Of a stretch of 64,000 nt of DNA, positions 19,928-30,600 are shown piece by piece (within the stretch, counting starts at the first letter, position 1; every line of letters begins with the position of its first letter). The position numbers and the translations under genes were made by a program. The notes under the pieces are model-generated. The model did no database searches. It worked only from the letters and a program-made list of their open reading frames with translations, and was not told the origin of the DNA. The stretch covers positions 64,001 through 128,000 of IMG/VR virus record IMGVR_UViG_3300032331_000527. The stretch is one strand, 5' to 3'. The DNA is from a virus.

Positions 19928-20797
19928 TTAACTTGGCAGAGTTTTACCGACGGGAGCAATAAGACCAGCGGTATCTAGCTGTGTACCACCATCTGTTTTC
20001 GATAATACTTTACCACCAGCGCCTAAGATGATATCTGTTGTAGAAGAGAACACACCAGCTTTATATCCTTTAGACCAAATGAATACCGGCAGAGCACCTG
20101 TAGAAGTACATTGGATACAGTATGCGTCAGTGATAAACGTTCCTGTTTGTCCTGACATCTGAACTTGTTCAGCTGAAGTCAATCCTAGAATTCCACCAGC
20201 TCCAAGTCCAATCTGTCCAACAGCTACGATTTGATGCATCTTACCAGTGAGTGTAGCGTTGTCTCCTGAAACAGTTTGTGTGTTATCTCCACCGACAGTC
20301 TGATCTAGATCTTTGTTGATAGTGTCTATCTTCTTGCCGCCAGTGATTTCTTCGCGATCGCCAGATGTACGATGAGATGTTTTACCATTGACCTGTATAC
20401 GTTGATCTCCACCAGATTCAATGATATGCTTTCCAGAAGACTTAACACGGAACTCGCCGTGAGTTACAATTTCGTAATTACCTTTGACTTCGTGCTTTAG
20501 ATTTCCAGTGACGTGCATAATAGCATTTCCATCAACAGTGATATTGAAATCACCTCCAGAAATCTTTTCTACTTTACCTTTATTAAACCATTCTTGCGTC
20601 TCGCCTTGATTCTTGGCGATACGTGCTCCGTCGTCTTTAATTTCAATGAACGTACCAGAAGCATGATATATGTGGATGCGTCTGTCGCCTGGAGTATTAT
20701 CAAACTCAACTTTATGACCAGCTTCAGTCGTGTATGAGTGATTCCCAAGATACTGAGACTTATCGCCACCTGGATCTTGTTCTTTTTTCTTAGCCAT
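19928..20797 (-). CDS. 5: Baseplate spike gp5, C-terminal beta-helix part
   Basis: YLGNHSYTTEAGHKVEFDNTPGDRRIHIYHASG matches gp5 YPYxHxxxTESGHxxEFDDTPG; VxGxxxxx octapeptide repeats follow. Confidence 0.85.
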   Translation of the reverse strand: MAKKKEQDPGGDKSQYLGNHSYTTEAGHKVEFDNTPGDRRIHIYHASGTFIEIKDDGARIAKNQGETQEWFNKGKVEKISGGDFNITVDGNAIMHVTGNLKHEVKGNYEIVTHGEFRVKSSGKHIIESGGDQRIQVNGKTSHRTSGDREEITGGKKIDTINKDLDQTVGGDNTQTVSGDNATLTGKMHQIVAVGQIGLGAGGILGLTSAEQVQMSGQTGTFITDAYCIQCTSTGALPVFIWSKGYKAGVFSSTTDIILGAGGKVLSKTDGGTQLDTAGLIAPVGKTLPS

Positions 20798-20806
20798 TAT
20801 TCATCC

Positions 20807-21700
20807 TTATCCAAATACGCTACCGACGCCTGAATCGCCGGGATTATTTTCAATCAGTGCTTTAGTTTCATCTGGCGCTGCTCTCATTTCAGGTGTAGAA
20901 CTAGCAGCTTCAATTTCAGCAGAAGAAATGCTTGCTGGTTCAGGAGGAACATCTGGCACAGTTTCATTATATCCAGTATAGTTACCCATCTGATCATATA
21001 TTGGCGCACCTTGTTCCACTTTCGCAGACGCAAGATTATCTTGTGCTTCTTCTGCTTTAGCCGGTTCTATCTTATCTGGTTTGAGTGGAGTACCGCCCGA
21101 TGGATCTGTAGCTCCGAATGGATGTTTCTCAGGCGGAACAGGAATCTCGTCTACAGTTTGTTTTTTACTCTTAACGCGAGGATCCTCTTTACGTTCTTTA
21201 CTTCCTCGCGCAACAAGAGAAGTCGATGATTGATCATCTTGCGTCGGGTGTACTGATGGACTAGGTCCACCAACTCCACCATTACCAAACAGCGCTTCCA
21301 ATGCTCCCATCAATGCAGCAACAGTAGCAGCTTTTTGTTTTAATTTTGTCTTACTTGGTCCTTTAGGATTATATACAGGAGGAAGAATCGTTAGTTCGTT
21401 TTTTGATGTGTCTGTGTCAACAGTCTGATTTGTGTTGATATCATAGATGTTGGCTTCTACCTCATATGTTCCAGGAAACATTGGAGTATCGATATGCAAT
21501 TTCCATTTGTATAATCCAGGATATGTCGTATTTTCTAAACCTAGATTTCCTTCAAACAAATAATATGCGTTGTAATTGACAATGATCTCTAGGTCTTCGA
21601 ATGCATTGCCTAAATCATCAAATCTAGTAAATGCTGCGAACCCCGTAATCGTAGGCACGTTGTTAGCAGTTGTCATTTTTCTTACAGTTATTCTAGCCAT
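20807..21700 (-). CDS. Hypothetical protein between the gp5 halves (Ig-like N-terminus, gp5-linker-like C-terminus)
   Basis: PTITG...W...GTYEVEA Ig-like pattern; SLVARG segment resembles the gp5 linker LARG. Confidence 0.5.
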   Translation of the reverse strand: MARITVRKMTTANNVPTITGFAAFTRFDDLGNAFEDLEIIVNYNAYYLFEGNLGLENTTYPGLYKWKLHIDTPMFPGTYEVEANIYDINTNQTVDTDTSKNELTILPPVYNPKGPSKTKLKQKAATVAALMGALEALFGNGGVGGPSPSVHPTQDDQSSTSLVARGSKERKEDPRVKSKKQTVDEIPVPPEKHPFGATDPSGGTPLKPDKIEPAKAEEAQDNLASAKVEQGAPIYDQMGNYTGYNETVPDVPPEPASISSAEIEAASSTPEMRAAPDETKALIENNPGDSGVGSVFG

Positions 21701-22086
21701 TATGCAACACTCGATCCTGGAGCATTAGAACCAGCTTCTTCTTTCTGCTGAATGTGTGGGAGAACACCAAATACGATAGGCACTTGTCCTCCGTCTCCAT
21801 CCATGAAAAATCCAACGACTTTGCTTTGCTCAACGATTCCTGTTGGACTAGAACCAACTCCACTAATTCCGCCAGAAGTTGTGGGCATCAATGTGTAGCA
21901 CCATGGCAGATCTTTCGTTGGAAGATCACTCTTATTATCCGTGTGCTTACCTTTAATGCGTACCTTCATTCTTCCGATACATAAATTATCAGGTTCTCCT
22001 GAAAATTGACCTGTTCCACGATCTTCGACAACACCGACCCACCACTTTAGGCCTTCTTGTCCCATTACTGTGCCTTCTTCAGCCAT
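21700..22086 (-). CDS. 5: Baseplate spike gp5, stand-alone N-terminal OB-fold part
   Basis: WWVGVVEDR, GRMKVRIKGKH, DLPW and VVGFFMDG..QVPIVFG are the gp5 OB-domain signature. Confidence 0.85.
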   Translation of the reverse strand: MAEEGTVMGQEGLKWWVGVVEDRGTGQFSGEPDNLCIGRMKVRIKGKHTDNKSDLPTKDLPWCYTLMPTTSGGISGVGSSPTGIVEQSKVVGFFMDGDGGQVPIVFGVLPHIQQKEEAGSNAPGSSVA

Positions 22087-23342
22087 TACTTAGCAACTCC
22101 CGAATTACCTGATGATGAAGATTTATTTTTTGAATCGCTCTTGCATTCCATAATAACCTCGTATTTCAAATCCTTATCGTCTTTATAAATCACGTGTCTC
22201 ACCTGTGTCACGAGATACGTACCAGAACGCTTATCTAACTCTCTTCCTTCACTGTTACCAGGAATATTGAGTTTCACTTTAGATCCTGGTTTGTAGCTTG
22301 TGTTTCCAGGAACACGAATAGTCATTATCATATTATCTAGCTGATTTGCAGCAGAGCTTTGAGCAGCATGCTCCGCTATGTTTCTTTTATTTTCAGAAAT
22401 TTTTGGATCGCGTGAGTCTCTGAATTTGCTCTTGGCTTGACCTGGAGCAACAACGAAATTGAAACGCTCTCCGATAGCTGATTTGCTATCTTTCGTTATC
22501 TTATCCGAACCAGTGTGAGTAGTATCGCCTGCTCCATCACGTTTACCTTTAGGAGGAGAGTCGATCTTACCTACTGTTGGATCGTAATAATACCAGTGAT
22601 CAGATTCTGCTCCGTTGTAAGAAGCTTCCATTTTATCAAAATCTTTCTTCTGATCGAACGCTATAATTTTCTTAGAGTCATCTGCTCCGCCAGCATCACC
22701 AATATTCTGCGAAGAATAACTGAGTTCGACAGGAGAGCCCCCCGCGGCTAACATAGCATCTAGCGTCTTGAAATAATATCCTTCGCGATCTTGATAGTAG
22801 ACATAGTTCGATGCTTTAGCCTTCGCAGATTTCGCTTCTTTAGCTCCCCAACGAATAGCTGATATCGGACCTTTGCCTGTTCCGTGATATGCAGCATTTC
22901 CTTCAGTTTCTTCGTTGTCAACAAGACTCTTTTTTAGAGTAGTTGATTCTTTAGTATATTCTTCGTGCCAGTCTTTAACCATATCAGAGATCTTTTTATC
23001 TTTGTATGCTTTACTGACTGCTTTCTTATTGTTATCTGCGAACTCAGACGAAGCGCAAGTCATGAGGAACATATCTTGGTTTTCTTTCACGCGAACGCGA
23101 TCGCCAACAATAAGAGATTTCATTTTAACATTGATACCACTCCCATTAGCACGATCACCGAATGAGATTTCTACGTCGTCGCCAACCTTCATCTCCGTAC
23201 CACTCGCGTCGTTGAGAGTAATATTCGCAGAAATCGTAGGAGAATTGATACTCTCAAAATATTCTAGCATGTAGAAGATACCTTTGATATCAGTTCCACC
23301 TACTGTTAATTTTGAGATATTACCGCCGCCGGTATCACTCAT
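22086..23342 (-). CDS. Baseplate hub protein, gp27-like
   Basis: YFESINSP, YYQDREGYYFKTL, VPGN and SGTYLVTQVRH motifs; between gp53 and gp5. Confidence 0.7.
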   Translation of the reverse strand: MSDTGGGNISKLTVGGTDIKGIFYMLEYFESINSPTISANITLNDASGTEMKVGDDVEISFGDRANGSGINVKMKSLIVGDRVRVKENQDMFLMTCASSEFADNNKKAVSKAYKDKKISDMVKDWHEEYTKESTTLKKSLVDNEETEGNAAYHGTGKGPISAIRWGAKEAKSAKAKASNYVYYQDREGYYFKTLDAMLAAGGSPVELSYSSQNIGDAGGADDSKKIIAFDQKKDFDKMEASYNGAESDHWYYYDPTVGKIDSPPKGKRDGAGDTTHTGSDKITKDSKSAIGERFNFVVAPGQAKSKFRDSRDPKISENKRNIAEHAAQSSAANQLDNMIMTIRVPGNTSYKPGSKVKLNIPGNSEGRELDKRSGTYLVTQVRHVIYKDDKDLKYEVIMECKSDSKNKSSSSGNSGVAK

Positions 23343-23932
23343 CGAACGTATTCACCTTCGTTGAAAATATATGGATGTTGATCTTTAATGAGTGCTAGAT
23401 AATTCAAATCTAGAAGATATATATGACGACGATTTTCGTTAAGATTCATTTCGTAGTCATATACAGAAATCGTTTTTCTTTCAGGATATGTGAGAGACGC
23501 CCAAGTAGTGTAATCAATCACAAGGGTTTTTTCGGGAAGCAACTGTCTTCCTGCAGTAGTCTGAACTTCTTGTGCGGCTTGAATTATCTTTTCGTAATGA
23601 TGAGTCGTTTTCATCGCTTCGGAAACGCTGCCATATTTCTGCTTGATATAATTTTGAAATTCTGTGTATCCTAATACCCAATCAAAATACGGATCTTGAA
23701 TTTCATTCGTAAGAAGAATAAGCCAATCCATAGTTTCGTCGCCGTAATAATCATACGCAACAGTATCAGGACGCTCTCCGTCTTGAACATAGTATTCGTC
23801 GAAAGTCACGTTTGCGTTGAAAAGAAAATTCGCAATAGAAAATCTGCGTGTTATGTCAGTGACATTAACAACTTCATTTCTACCAGGAGTACGATACGAA
23901 ACAGTAGGATAAGGTCTGAAAAATAATGCCAT
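23339..23932 (-). CDS. 53: Baseplate wedge protein gp53
   Basis: YYVQDGERPDTVAYDYYG...WLILLTN and HHYE motifs. Confidence 0.9.
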   Translation of the reverse strand: MALFFRPYPTVSYRTPGRNEVVNVTDITRRFSIANFLFNANVTFDEYYVQDGERPDTVAYDYYGDETMDWLILLTNEIQDPYFDWVLGYTEFQNYIKQKYGSVSEAMKTTHHYEKIIQAAQEVQTTAGRQLLPEKTLVIDYTTWASLTYPERKTISVYDYEMNLNENRRHIYLLDLNYLALIKDQHPYIFNEGEYVR

Positions 23933-23934
23933 GA

Positions 23935-24969
23935 TTATCTTCCTGTGCCAGGTGGTTGTGTAGGTCTAACTGCTACAGCTGCTTGATCCGGAACATTAAT
24001 TTTAATATTTCTTTGGAACGTCGCAGGCCCTGCATCAGATCCCATAGGTTTAGGGTTAAGACTATTCTTCGTGATGATTTCTGTTTCCATCATAGTAAAT
24101 GAGAATTCTACTTCTGCTGGAGCAGGCGTATCAGAAGGATTGTCTGTGCTATTATAAGCAGCATATCCTTGTGGATGATAGTTCACGCGAACGTCTTTAC
24201 ACACAGAAGGTTGAAATTCAAAAAGATAATCAGGATGTTTAAACTTTATATCAAAAAACTCAGGATACTTAAAGAACATTCCACCAGCAATATATTCAGG
24301 ATGTGAATAGTATGTGAACATATCAATAATAGCTTTGATTGCGTCCGATTCTCTACGATTTCTAGGTGAGAAACGCCAGCTGAATTGATGCTCGCGGAAA
24401 TTAACACCAGTGAACAAAACGATCTTGTGTGGATTTTGAGCAAGCCCAGCAGCAACTTTTAATGCAGCGGCTGCGGTTGGGCCTGTTGTGTCTAGCGTAA
24501 CACCCGCTGACTTAGCAGCCGCTCCAATAGCTGCTGCTCCAAGTCCTGCCATAGCCGCTCCAGCTTCAGCTGATTTAGGAATATCAGTATTTCCGTACAT
24601 AGCTCTATCAAATGGTTTTAGAACACCACCTGCCGCTGTTCCTAGAGATTCTGAAGTATAGTCTGGATGATAATTCGTAGAAAGATTAGATGGCATAGGT
24701 AGATATATAGAGCCACTATCAACTTGCTGTCCGATACTTGCACCTACACCATTAGTTGAATGTGCTGTGAACTGAATCCAATGCCCTAGTTGTCCAAGAT
24801 CTAATGGAAATCTCATCGTAGCACCTTTAAATGGATCAGGAGCTATGTTTGTTCCTACCAAAGAAGCTAACGCAAGTCCACCAAACGCAGCAGCTGAGCC
24901 ACCGAGAATCAATGCTTTGCTTCCGGCTGTTAGTCTACGAGTTGCTAATAGTGCTGCTCCGCCTGCCAT
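23935..24969 (-). CDS. 48: Baseplate tail-tube cap gp48
   Basis: IYLPMP, NP...LFTGVNFREHQFSWRFSPRN..ES and F.ETEIITK motifs. Confidence 0.85.
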   Translation of the reverse strand: MAGGAALLATRRLTAGSKALILGGSAAAFGGLALASLVGTNIAPDPFKGATMRFPLDLGQLGHWIQFTAHSTNGVGASIGQQVDSGSIYLPMPSNLSTNYHPDYTSESLGTAAGGVLKPFDRAMYGNTDIPKSAEAGAAMAGLGAAAIGAAAKSAGVTLDTTGPTAAAALKVAAGLAQNPHKIVLFTGVNFREHQFSWRFSPRNRRESDAIKAIIDMFTYYSHPEYIAGGMFFKYPEFFDIKFKHPDYLFEFQPSVCKDVRVNYHPQGYAAYNSTDNPSDTPAPAEVEFSFTMMETEIITKNSLNPKPMGSDAGPATFQRNIKINVPDQAAVAVRPTQPPGTGR

Positions 24970-24996
24970 ATTTGGTATTCCTTTCGTTCTTCCATC

Positions 24997-25014
24997 TATT
25001 TATATCATACATAG
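24997..25014. promoter_or_regulatory. Divergent late promoters: TATAAATA (minus, 24997-25004, gp48) and CATACATA variant (plus, 25006-25013, gp4)
   Basis: Both lie in the 50-nt gap between the divergent gp48 and gp4 genes. Confidence 0.65.
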
Positions 25015-25019
25015 TGGGC

Positions 25020-25466
25020 ATGGCTACTTACAAAGGTCGATTCCAACCAAAGAACCCCCAGAAATATAAAGGAGATCCTACTAAGATCGTTTACAGATCA
25101 TCGTGGGAACTTCGTTTCATGGCGTATCTTGACACTAACTCCAACATCATTCAATGGGCTTCTGAAGAGTTGTTCATTCCATATAAGTCACCCATAGATG
25201 GGAAGTGGCATCGTTATTTCCCAGATTTCATCATACGCATGCGTGACAAAGACGGCAACGTAGTCGTCAAGATGATTGAAATCAAACCTAGAGCGCAGTC
25301 GATTCCTCCTACTCCAAAAGGAAATGGTTCTAAACCAACGAAGAAGTATCTTCGCGAAGTCGCAACTTTTGGAATAAATAGTGCTAAGTGGCACGCTGCT
25401 AAGGATTATTGTGATGATCGTAAGTGGCAGTTCGTTGTGTTGACGGAAAAGGAACTCGGACTTTAA
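25020..25466 (+). CDS. 4: Head completion nuclease gp4
   Basis: YKGRFQPKNPQKYKGDPTKIVYRSSWE, HRYFPDF and IEIKP motifs; start reassigned to ATG 25020. Confidence 0.92.
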   Translation: MATYKGRFQPKNPQKYKGDPTKIVYRSSWELRFMAYLDTNSNIIQWASEELFIPYKSPIDGKWHRYFPDFIIRMRDKDGNVVVKMIEIKPRAQSIPPTPKGNGSKPTKKYLREVATFGINSAKWHAAKDYCDDRKWQFVVLTEKELGL

Positions 25467-26077
25467 TGGTCGCATATATCTTCGACGGTATTCTGAATCG
25501 CGCAGCGAAAGCTGGTATCTCGCCTTCTACTAAGAGAGATGCTCGTGCATGGTTCCGCAAACAAGCGCAATCTGTAACTGCGAATCCTACACGCATGATC
25601 CGTAGCAACGCTCAGCGATTGACGGATAATCCTATGATTGGTCGTATGTATCTTTTTAACTATGATCCGAAGTATAAAGGAAAGCTCCCATATTATGACA
25701 AGTTTCCGCTCGTTATTCCTATCGGCTCTGGGCGCACTTCTGGATTTGCTAGTAGTGGAGGATCCTTTATCGGACTCAACCTACATTATCTACCACCTAC
25801 GCTCAGAGCAAGATTAATGGATGCGCTGTATGCTACAGCGACTACCACAGAATTGAACGAGACTACTCGACTTCGCATCTCATATAATATTCTTCAGCAA
25901 GCAACTAAGTATCGTTTCTTCAAACCTTGCATCAAGCGATATCTAACTGCTCAAGTACGCAGCAAGTTTTTTTACATAGAGCCTACAGAATGGGAAATGG
26001 CTTTGTTTCTACCTCTTGATAGATTTGTAGGCGCCAACAAGTCACGCATTTATCGAGATAGTCGAGATAGGATCTAA
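25466..26077 (+). CDS. 2: DNA end protector gp2
   Basis: GRMYLFNYDPKYK..LPYYDKFPL, GLNLHYL and KPCIKRYL motifs; ATG overlaps the gp4 TAA. Confidence 0.92.
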   Translation: MVAYIFDGILNRAAKAGISPSTKRDARAWFRKQAQSVTANPTRMIRSNAQRLTDNPMIGRMYLFNYDPKYKGKLPYYDKFPLVIPIGSGRTSGFASSGGSFIGLNLHYLPPTLRARLMDALYATATTTELNETTRLRISYNILQQATKYRFFKPCIKRYLTAQVRSKFFYIEPTEWEMALFLPLDRFVGANKSRIYRDSRDRI

Positions 26078-26078
26078 T

Positions 26079-26744
26079 ATGGCTGGACCATTTAATATCA
26101 CAAGTTTCAATGCGGAAATATCAAAGACTGGTATCGCACAGAACTCGTTCTTTATGGCTATGATTAGCGCGACTCCTACTGGACTTTCCGGTAAATTTGG
26201 TTTCACGAATGGATTGTCATTTCGTATCGAATCTGTTAATCTACCTGGAAGAACGCTAACGACGCTAGATCAAAACTATCATGGTCCCGTGCGTCGTATT
26301 CCGTATCGTTTCACACATCAGCCAATCACGTTTAGCGTAATCCTCTCGCGTGACATGCGCGAGCGAGAGTTCTTTATGCAATGGCAAGATTACTTCGTTG
26401 GACAATCAAGAACTTCTGGTGGAACAGGTTTAGCAGAACGCCCGTTCGATAGTCGCTATTACGACACTGGTATTGGTGAAATGGTTATCACGCAGTATTC
26501 TTATCCTATTCAATCATCAAGCTCTACAGCTGTGCCATCGCAAGAATATGTTGAGAGTTACAACATAACATGTCAAGAGGCATATCCATCATCAGTACAA
26601 GACATTCAGTTGGGTTGGGGTGAAGAGGGATACGGTAAATTGCAAGTAGAAATGACGTATCGTTTTGCAACAGAGAAACACTTGACGTTTGGTGACAATA
26701 GACAATTAGCAGCTGAGAAAGCTGTTCAGCAAGCGAATCCATAA
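26079..26744 (+). CDS. Tail tube initiator / tube-fold protein (gp54/gp19-like)
   Basis: ESVNLPGR, FFMQWQD, EAYPSSV and LQVEMTYR tube-protein motifs. Confidence 0.75.
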   Translation: MAGPFNITSFNAEISKTGIAQNSFFMAMISATPTGLSGKFGFTNGLSFRIESVNLPGRTLTTLDQNYHGPVRRIPYRFTHQPITFSVILSRDMREREFFMQWQDYFVGQSRTSGGTGLAERPFDSRYYDTGIGEMVITQYSYPIQSSSSTAVPSQEYVESYNITCQEAYPSSVQDIQLGWGEEGYGKLQVEMTYRFATEKHLTFGDNRQLAAEKAVQQANP

Positions 26745-26765
26745 TAATTTAAAATGAGGTGAATA

Positions 26766-27482
26766 ATGGCATTACCTAAAATATCAGCGCCAAGATTTGG
26801 TTTGACACTACCTTCGAATGGAAAACGTATCTCGTTTCGTCCGTTCCTAGTCAAAGAAGAAAAGATGCTGCTTATGGCGGCACAATCTGAAGATATGCTC
26901 GATATGATTGACGCAGTTAAAGACGTTATCTCTTCGTGTCTTATTAATCCAGATGAGACTATTGATGTTGAGAAACTACCATACTTTGATTTAGAATACA
27001 TTTTTCTCAACATTCGAGCTAAGTCAATTGGTGAAGTTGTTAAGCTTGAGTATCGTCATACAGGTGGAGTTAACTATCAAGGTATCAAGTGTGAAGCAGT
27101 TACGCCTGTTGAAGTTAATCTTGAAACAGTGAACGTAATCAAAGAAGACGATCATATGAAGACGATCCAGCTGGATGATAATCTTGGGCTTGAATTAAGA
27201 TATCCAACTGTAACTGATGTTCGTATGGTATCTGAAGGAGCTGATGAAATCGAGATGCTCGCTAAATGTATCGTGAGCGTTTATGACAGTGATAGCGTTT
27301 ATGAACCTGATAATCTACAAGACTCGTTGGATTTCATTGAGTCTTTGAACAATGCACAATTCACTAAGATTATGCGATTCATTGAGACTATGCCAAAACT
27401 GAAACATACATTTACATATAATTGTGTAGGCTGCGGACAAGAGGATACGGTGACGTTGCAAGGAATGTCCGATTTTTTTTAA
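26766..27482 (+). CDS. 26: Baseplate hub assembly protein gp26
   Basis: MALPKI, FRPFLVKEEKMLLMA, FDLEYIFLNIRAKSIGE, CxxC and terminal DFF. Confidence 0.9.
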   Translation: MALPKISAPRFGLTLPSNGKRISFRPFLVKEEKMLLMAAQSEDMLDMIDAVKDVISSCLINPDETIDVEKLPYFDLEYIFLNIRAKSIGEVVKLEYRHTGGVNYQGIKCEAVTPVEVNLETVNVIKEDDHMKTIQLDDNLGLELRYPTVTDVRMVSEGADEIEMLAKCIVSVYDSDSVYEPDNLQDSLDFIESLNNAQFTKIMRFIETMPKLKHTFTYNCVGCGQEDTVTLQGMSDFF

Positions 27483-27661
27483 TGATCCTCTCTCATAATA
27501 CTCTTGCGAATTACTACCGTACTAATTTTTCATTGATTCAGCATCACAAATACTCGCTGAGTGACATTGAAGGTATGATTCCGTGGGAGAGGGATATGTA
27601 CGTTAAGATGCTACTTGATTATCTTGAACAAGTGAAGGACGAACAGGAAAAAAGGCGATAG
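27482..27661 (+). CDS. 51: Short gp51-like baseplate hub assembly protein
   Basis: LANYYRTNFSLIQHHKYSLSDIEGMIPWERDMY motif. Confidence 0.85.
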   Translation: MILSHNTLANYYRTNFSLIQHHKYSLSDIEGMIPWERDMYVKMLLDYLEQVKDEQEKRR

Positions 27662-30600
27662 ATGGCCAAAGATACTAGAATTGTAGCAGGAAAAATTCAA
27701 GACACAATATACTATTACGCGAGTGATGGTACGGTTGTTGATGAAAACGGTAAACCCGCGCCTGCTAAATTCGCAGTTATGTTTCCTCCTATGCCTGAAA
27801 AAGTTCCCGAAGCTGTTGCTGAAACTCAACCAAAGAAGAGACGCAAAGGTCTTAAGAACGTAGCCGGTAAGATCAGCAACAGTAAATATTACTACGATCC
27901 TACAGGTGCGATTGTTGATGATCAAGGACAACCTGCTCCAGAACGCATTGCAAAGATGCTTCTGAAGAAAGACGAAACAGCTAATGTTATCAAAGAACAT
28001 CTAGCAAAAACAGCTAAACCTATTAAGACTGCATCGTCAAAAGAAATCAATCAGCTTCGAGCTGAAATCAAAAAAATGGTAGGAGCAACTAAAGATGTTG
28101 CTGCTGCGCATGATGTTGTGCTGAAAAAAGTTCCAGAGGCTACGAAAGGATATCAGAACGTTTTTTCTAATCTAGGAACACAAACACAAATGTTGCTTGA
28201 TAGTTTAATCAAGCAGAACGAAGCGTTCCAAGAAAAAGTAATAGAAACAATAACAGGCGTATCTTCTCCTACGCGAGCAGGCGGAGCTGTTCCTTCTTCT
28301 CCTAAGAAAAAAGGAGGAAAAGTTAAAGCTAGAACAGCAGAACATAAAGCTCGTATTGAAGCACGTGCTGCTAATATAGGTAAGATTCGCGCTAAGAAAA
28401 ATATCGGAACGGCAGCAAAGTATGGTGCCGCTGGTGCAGTCGCAGGAACTGCTGCGGCAGTAGGCGCTTATGGTGTAATGAAAGCGACAGGTGCTGTTAG
28501 TAGCTCAACTCCAGCAGCTCCTAGCGCTCCATCTACTACAGCCACCGGTGCTCCTCCTAGTTCTACTCCAGCGCAAACACAGTCAGCACCAGTTCAAGCA
28601 ACAGGGGCACCACAAGCTCCATCTGTTACAGCTACTCCTGCGCCTCCAGCTCCACAACCAAATTCTTCAGTAGGATTGGGTGGCGGACCAAGCGGACAAA
28701 CACCAGAAGATTCTCCTGCAGCTGAAAAGAAAGATCGTGAAGGTGGTGCCGGAGGAAACACACCTTCTCCTCCAGGCACTCCAGCAAACGTATCTGGAAT
28801 GATGCGCCTCACTACTCCTGGTGGTAGACCGTATGAAGTTGCTGCTCCTTATGCTGCTAACTTCAAAGGATTCGTTGACGAGCTAGAGAACAGTGGATAT
28901 AAGATTAAGAGTATCGGTGGATATGCTAATCGTAATATCGCAGGAACAGGAAAGAAGAGCTATCACTCACTAGGCGTTGCGATCGACATTAATCCTGGTT
29001 CTAATCCACATCTATTCGACGGCAGATTACAAACAGATATGCCTGCGAGTGTTGGCGCGATGGCTGCTAAGTATGGATTAGGTTGGGGTGGGAATTGGCG
29101 TACATCTAAAGACGCTATGCACTTTTCTATGGCATCAGGTGAAGGTGGATCTGTACCTGTAGATAGATCAGGTGCTACTCCTCTCCCAGGTGCTCCTGGT
29201 GCTCCTACAACTACTCCTCAAGCAGGTTCTCCAGAAGCTTCACGTCCTTCTGCTTCAACACCTTCTGCTCCAGGTGCTGCTCCTCGTCCAGTAGATCCAG
29301 GTATAGGATCCCCAGAACGTTCTAATGTTCCGTTAGGTTCTTCTAAAGTATCTGAAGGTGAAGCAGGCGAACAACCAAGAGGTAAAGCTGGATTTAAACA
29401 AATCATGGATTCTGCAGCAAAAGCTGGAGATCCATTTCCAGAAGTAGTAGCAGCTCAATGGGCTATTGAATCTGGATGGGGTAAACACATGACGGGTAAG
29501 AATAACCCGTTTGGTCAAACTGGAGTTGAAGGTAAAGATCCAGGTATAAGAATTCCTACCCCAAGGGATCCAGGTGGGGGAAGTAAATTCTTTAGAAGCT
29601 TTGAATCTATTGACGAAGCAGTTGCGTTTCGTGTTAAGAAATGGGCACCAAAATACTCAGGAGCTAAATCTGCTGAAGAAGCAGTTATGATGCTACAGAA
29701 TTATGGGAGAACTCCTAGATACGCTCAGGGTTATAATAATGACTGGATGTCATATGTGACCAGCATATCTGGTGTTATTCGTGGTCAAGGAATAGATCCT
29801 AAAGTTGCGAAGGGTCCAGGAGGAGGAACTCCAGGGTCTCCACAACCCACACAAACTGCTTCTGGTCCCTCTGGTGCACCTGGTTCTCCGCAAGCTGCTC
29901 TTCCTTCTGCTCTTCCTGCTCCAGGTACAGCACCAACTAACGCGACACAAGCAGCCGTAAATGCTAACGCTGCCGCAGGAGGAGATTCGAGTAAACCTGC
30001 TAATGTTTCATTCGAATCTAGCAAGGTAGACGTATCCAAAGTCGATCCTGAGTTGATGAAGAGATTCTATCAAGCAGCTGCTGCATATGGTGGACCTATT
30101 AGAATCAACTCTGCTTATCGTGACGATGAATATCAAGCACAGCTATGGGTTCGTGGTAATATCCTACATGAGCCAGGAATTCATATTCCAGCGAAGCCTG
30201 AGAAGACGATGACGATTAACTATAAAGGTCAGTCGTACACTGTTCCTGGATCAGGAAAAGGTTCTTCTCATGGAAAAGGACAAGCACTAGACGTAAGTCC
30301 TACAACTGCGCTTGATCCATTTCTAGCTAAGTTTGGTTTGGTTCATCCATTTGGTGCTAATGATCCACCACATATTCAATTGGCTGGAGGAAGTAATTAT
30401 ACTCCTCCCGCGAGCGGGACAGCTGTTGCTGGTGCTCCAGCCGCACCTGGAGTCACTCCTACGAGCGCAGCATCTGGAGCACAAATTGCTTCTGCTGCTA
30501 ATCAAAATGCTGTTCAGCAAGCAGCTTCTCCAGGAAGAATAGTACCTATGATAATTAACAACACTCAAAGATTCAACAACACGAGAACTGTCACGCAACA

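Noticed and set aside
24831-25019. N-terminal extension of gp4 in the ORF track
   Set aside because: It overlaps the divergent gp48 gene and the promoters; homology begins at ATG 25020.
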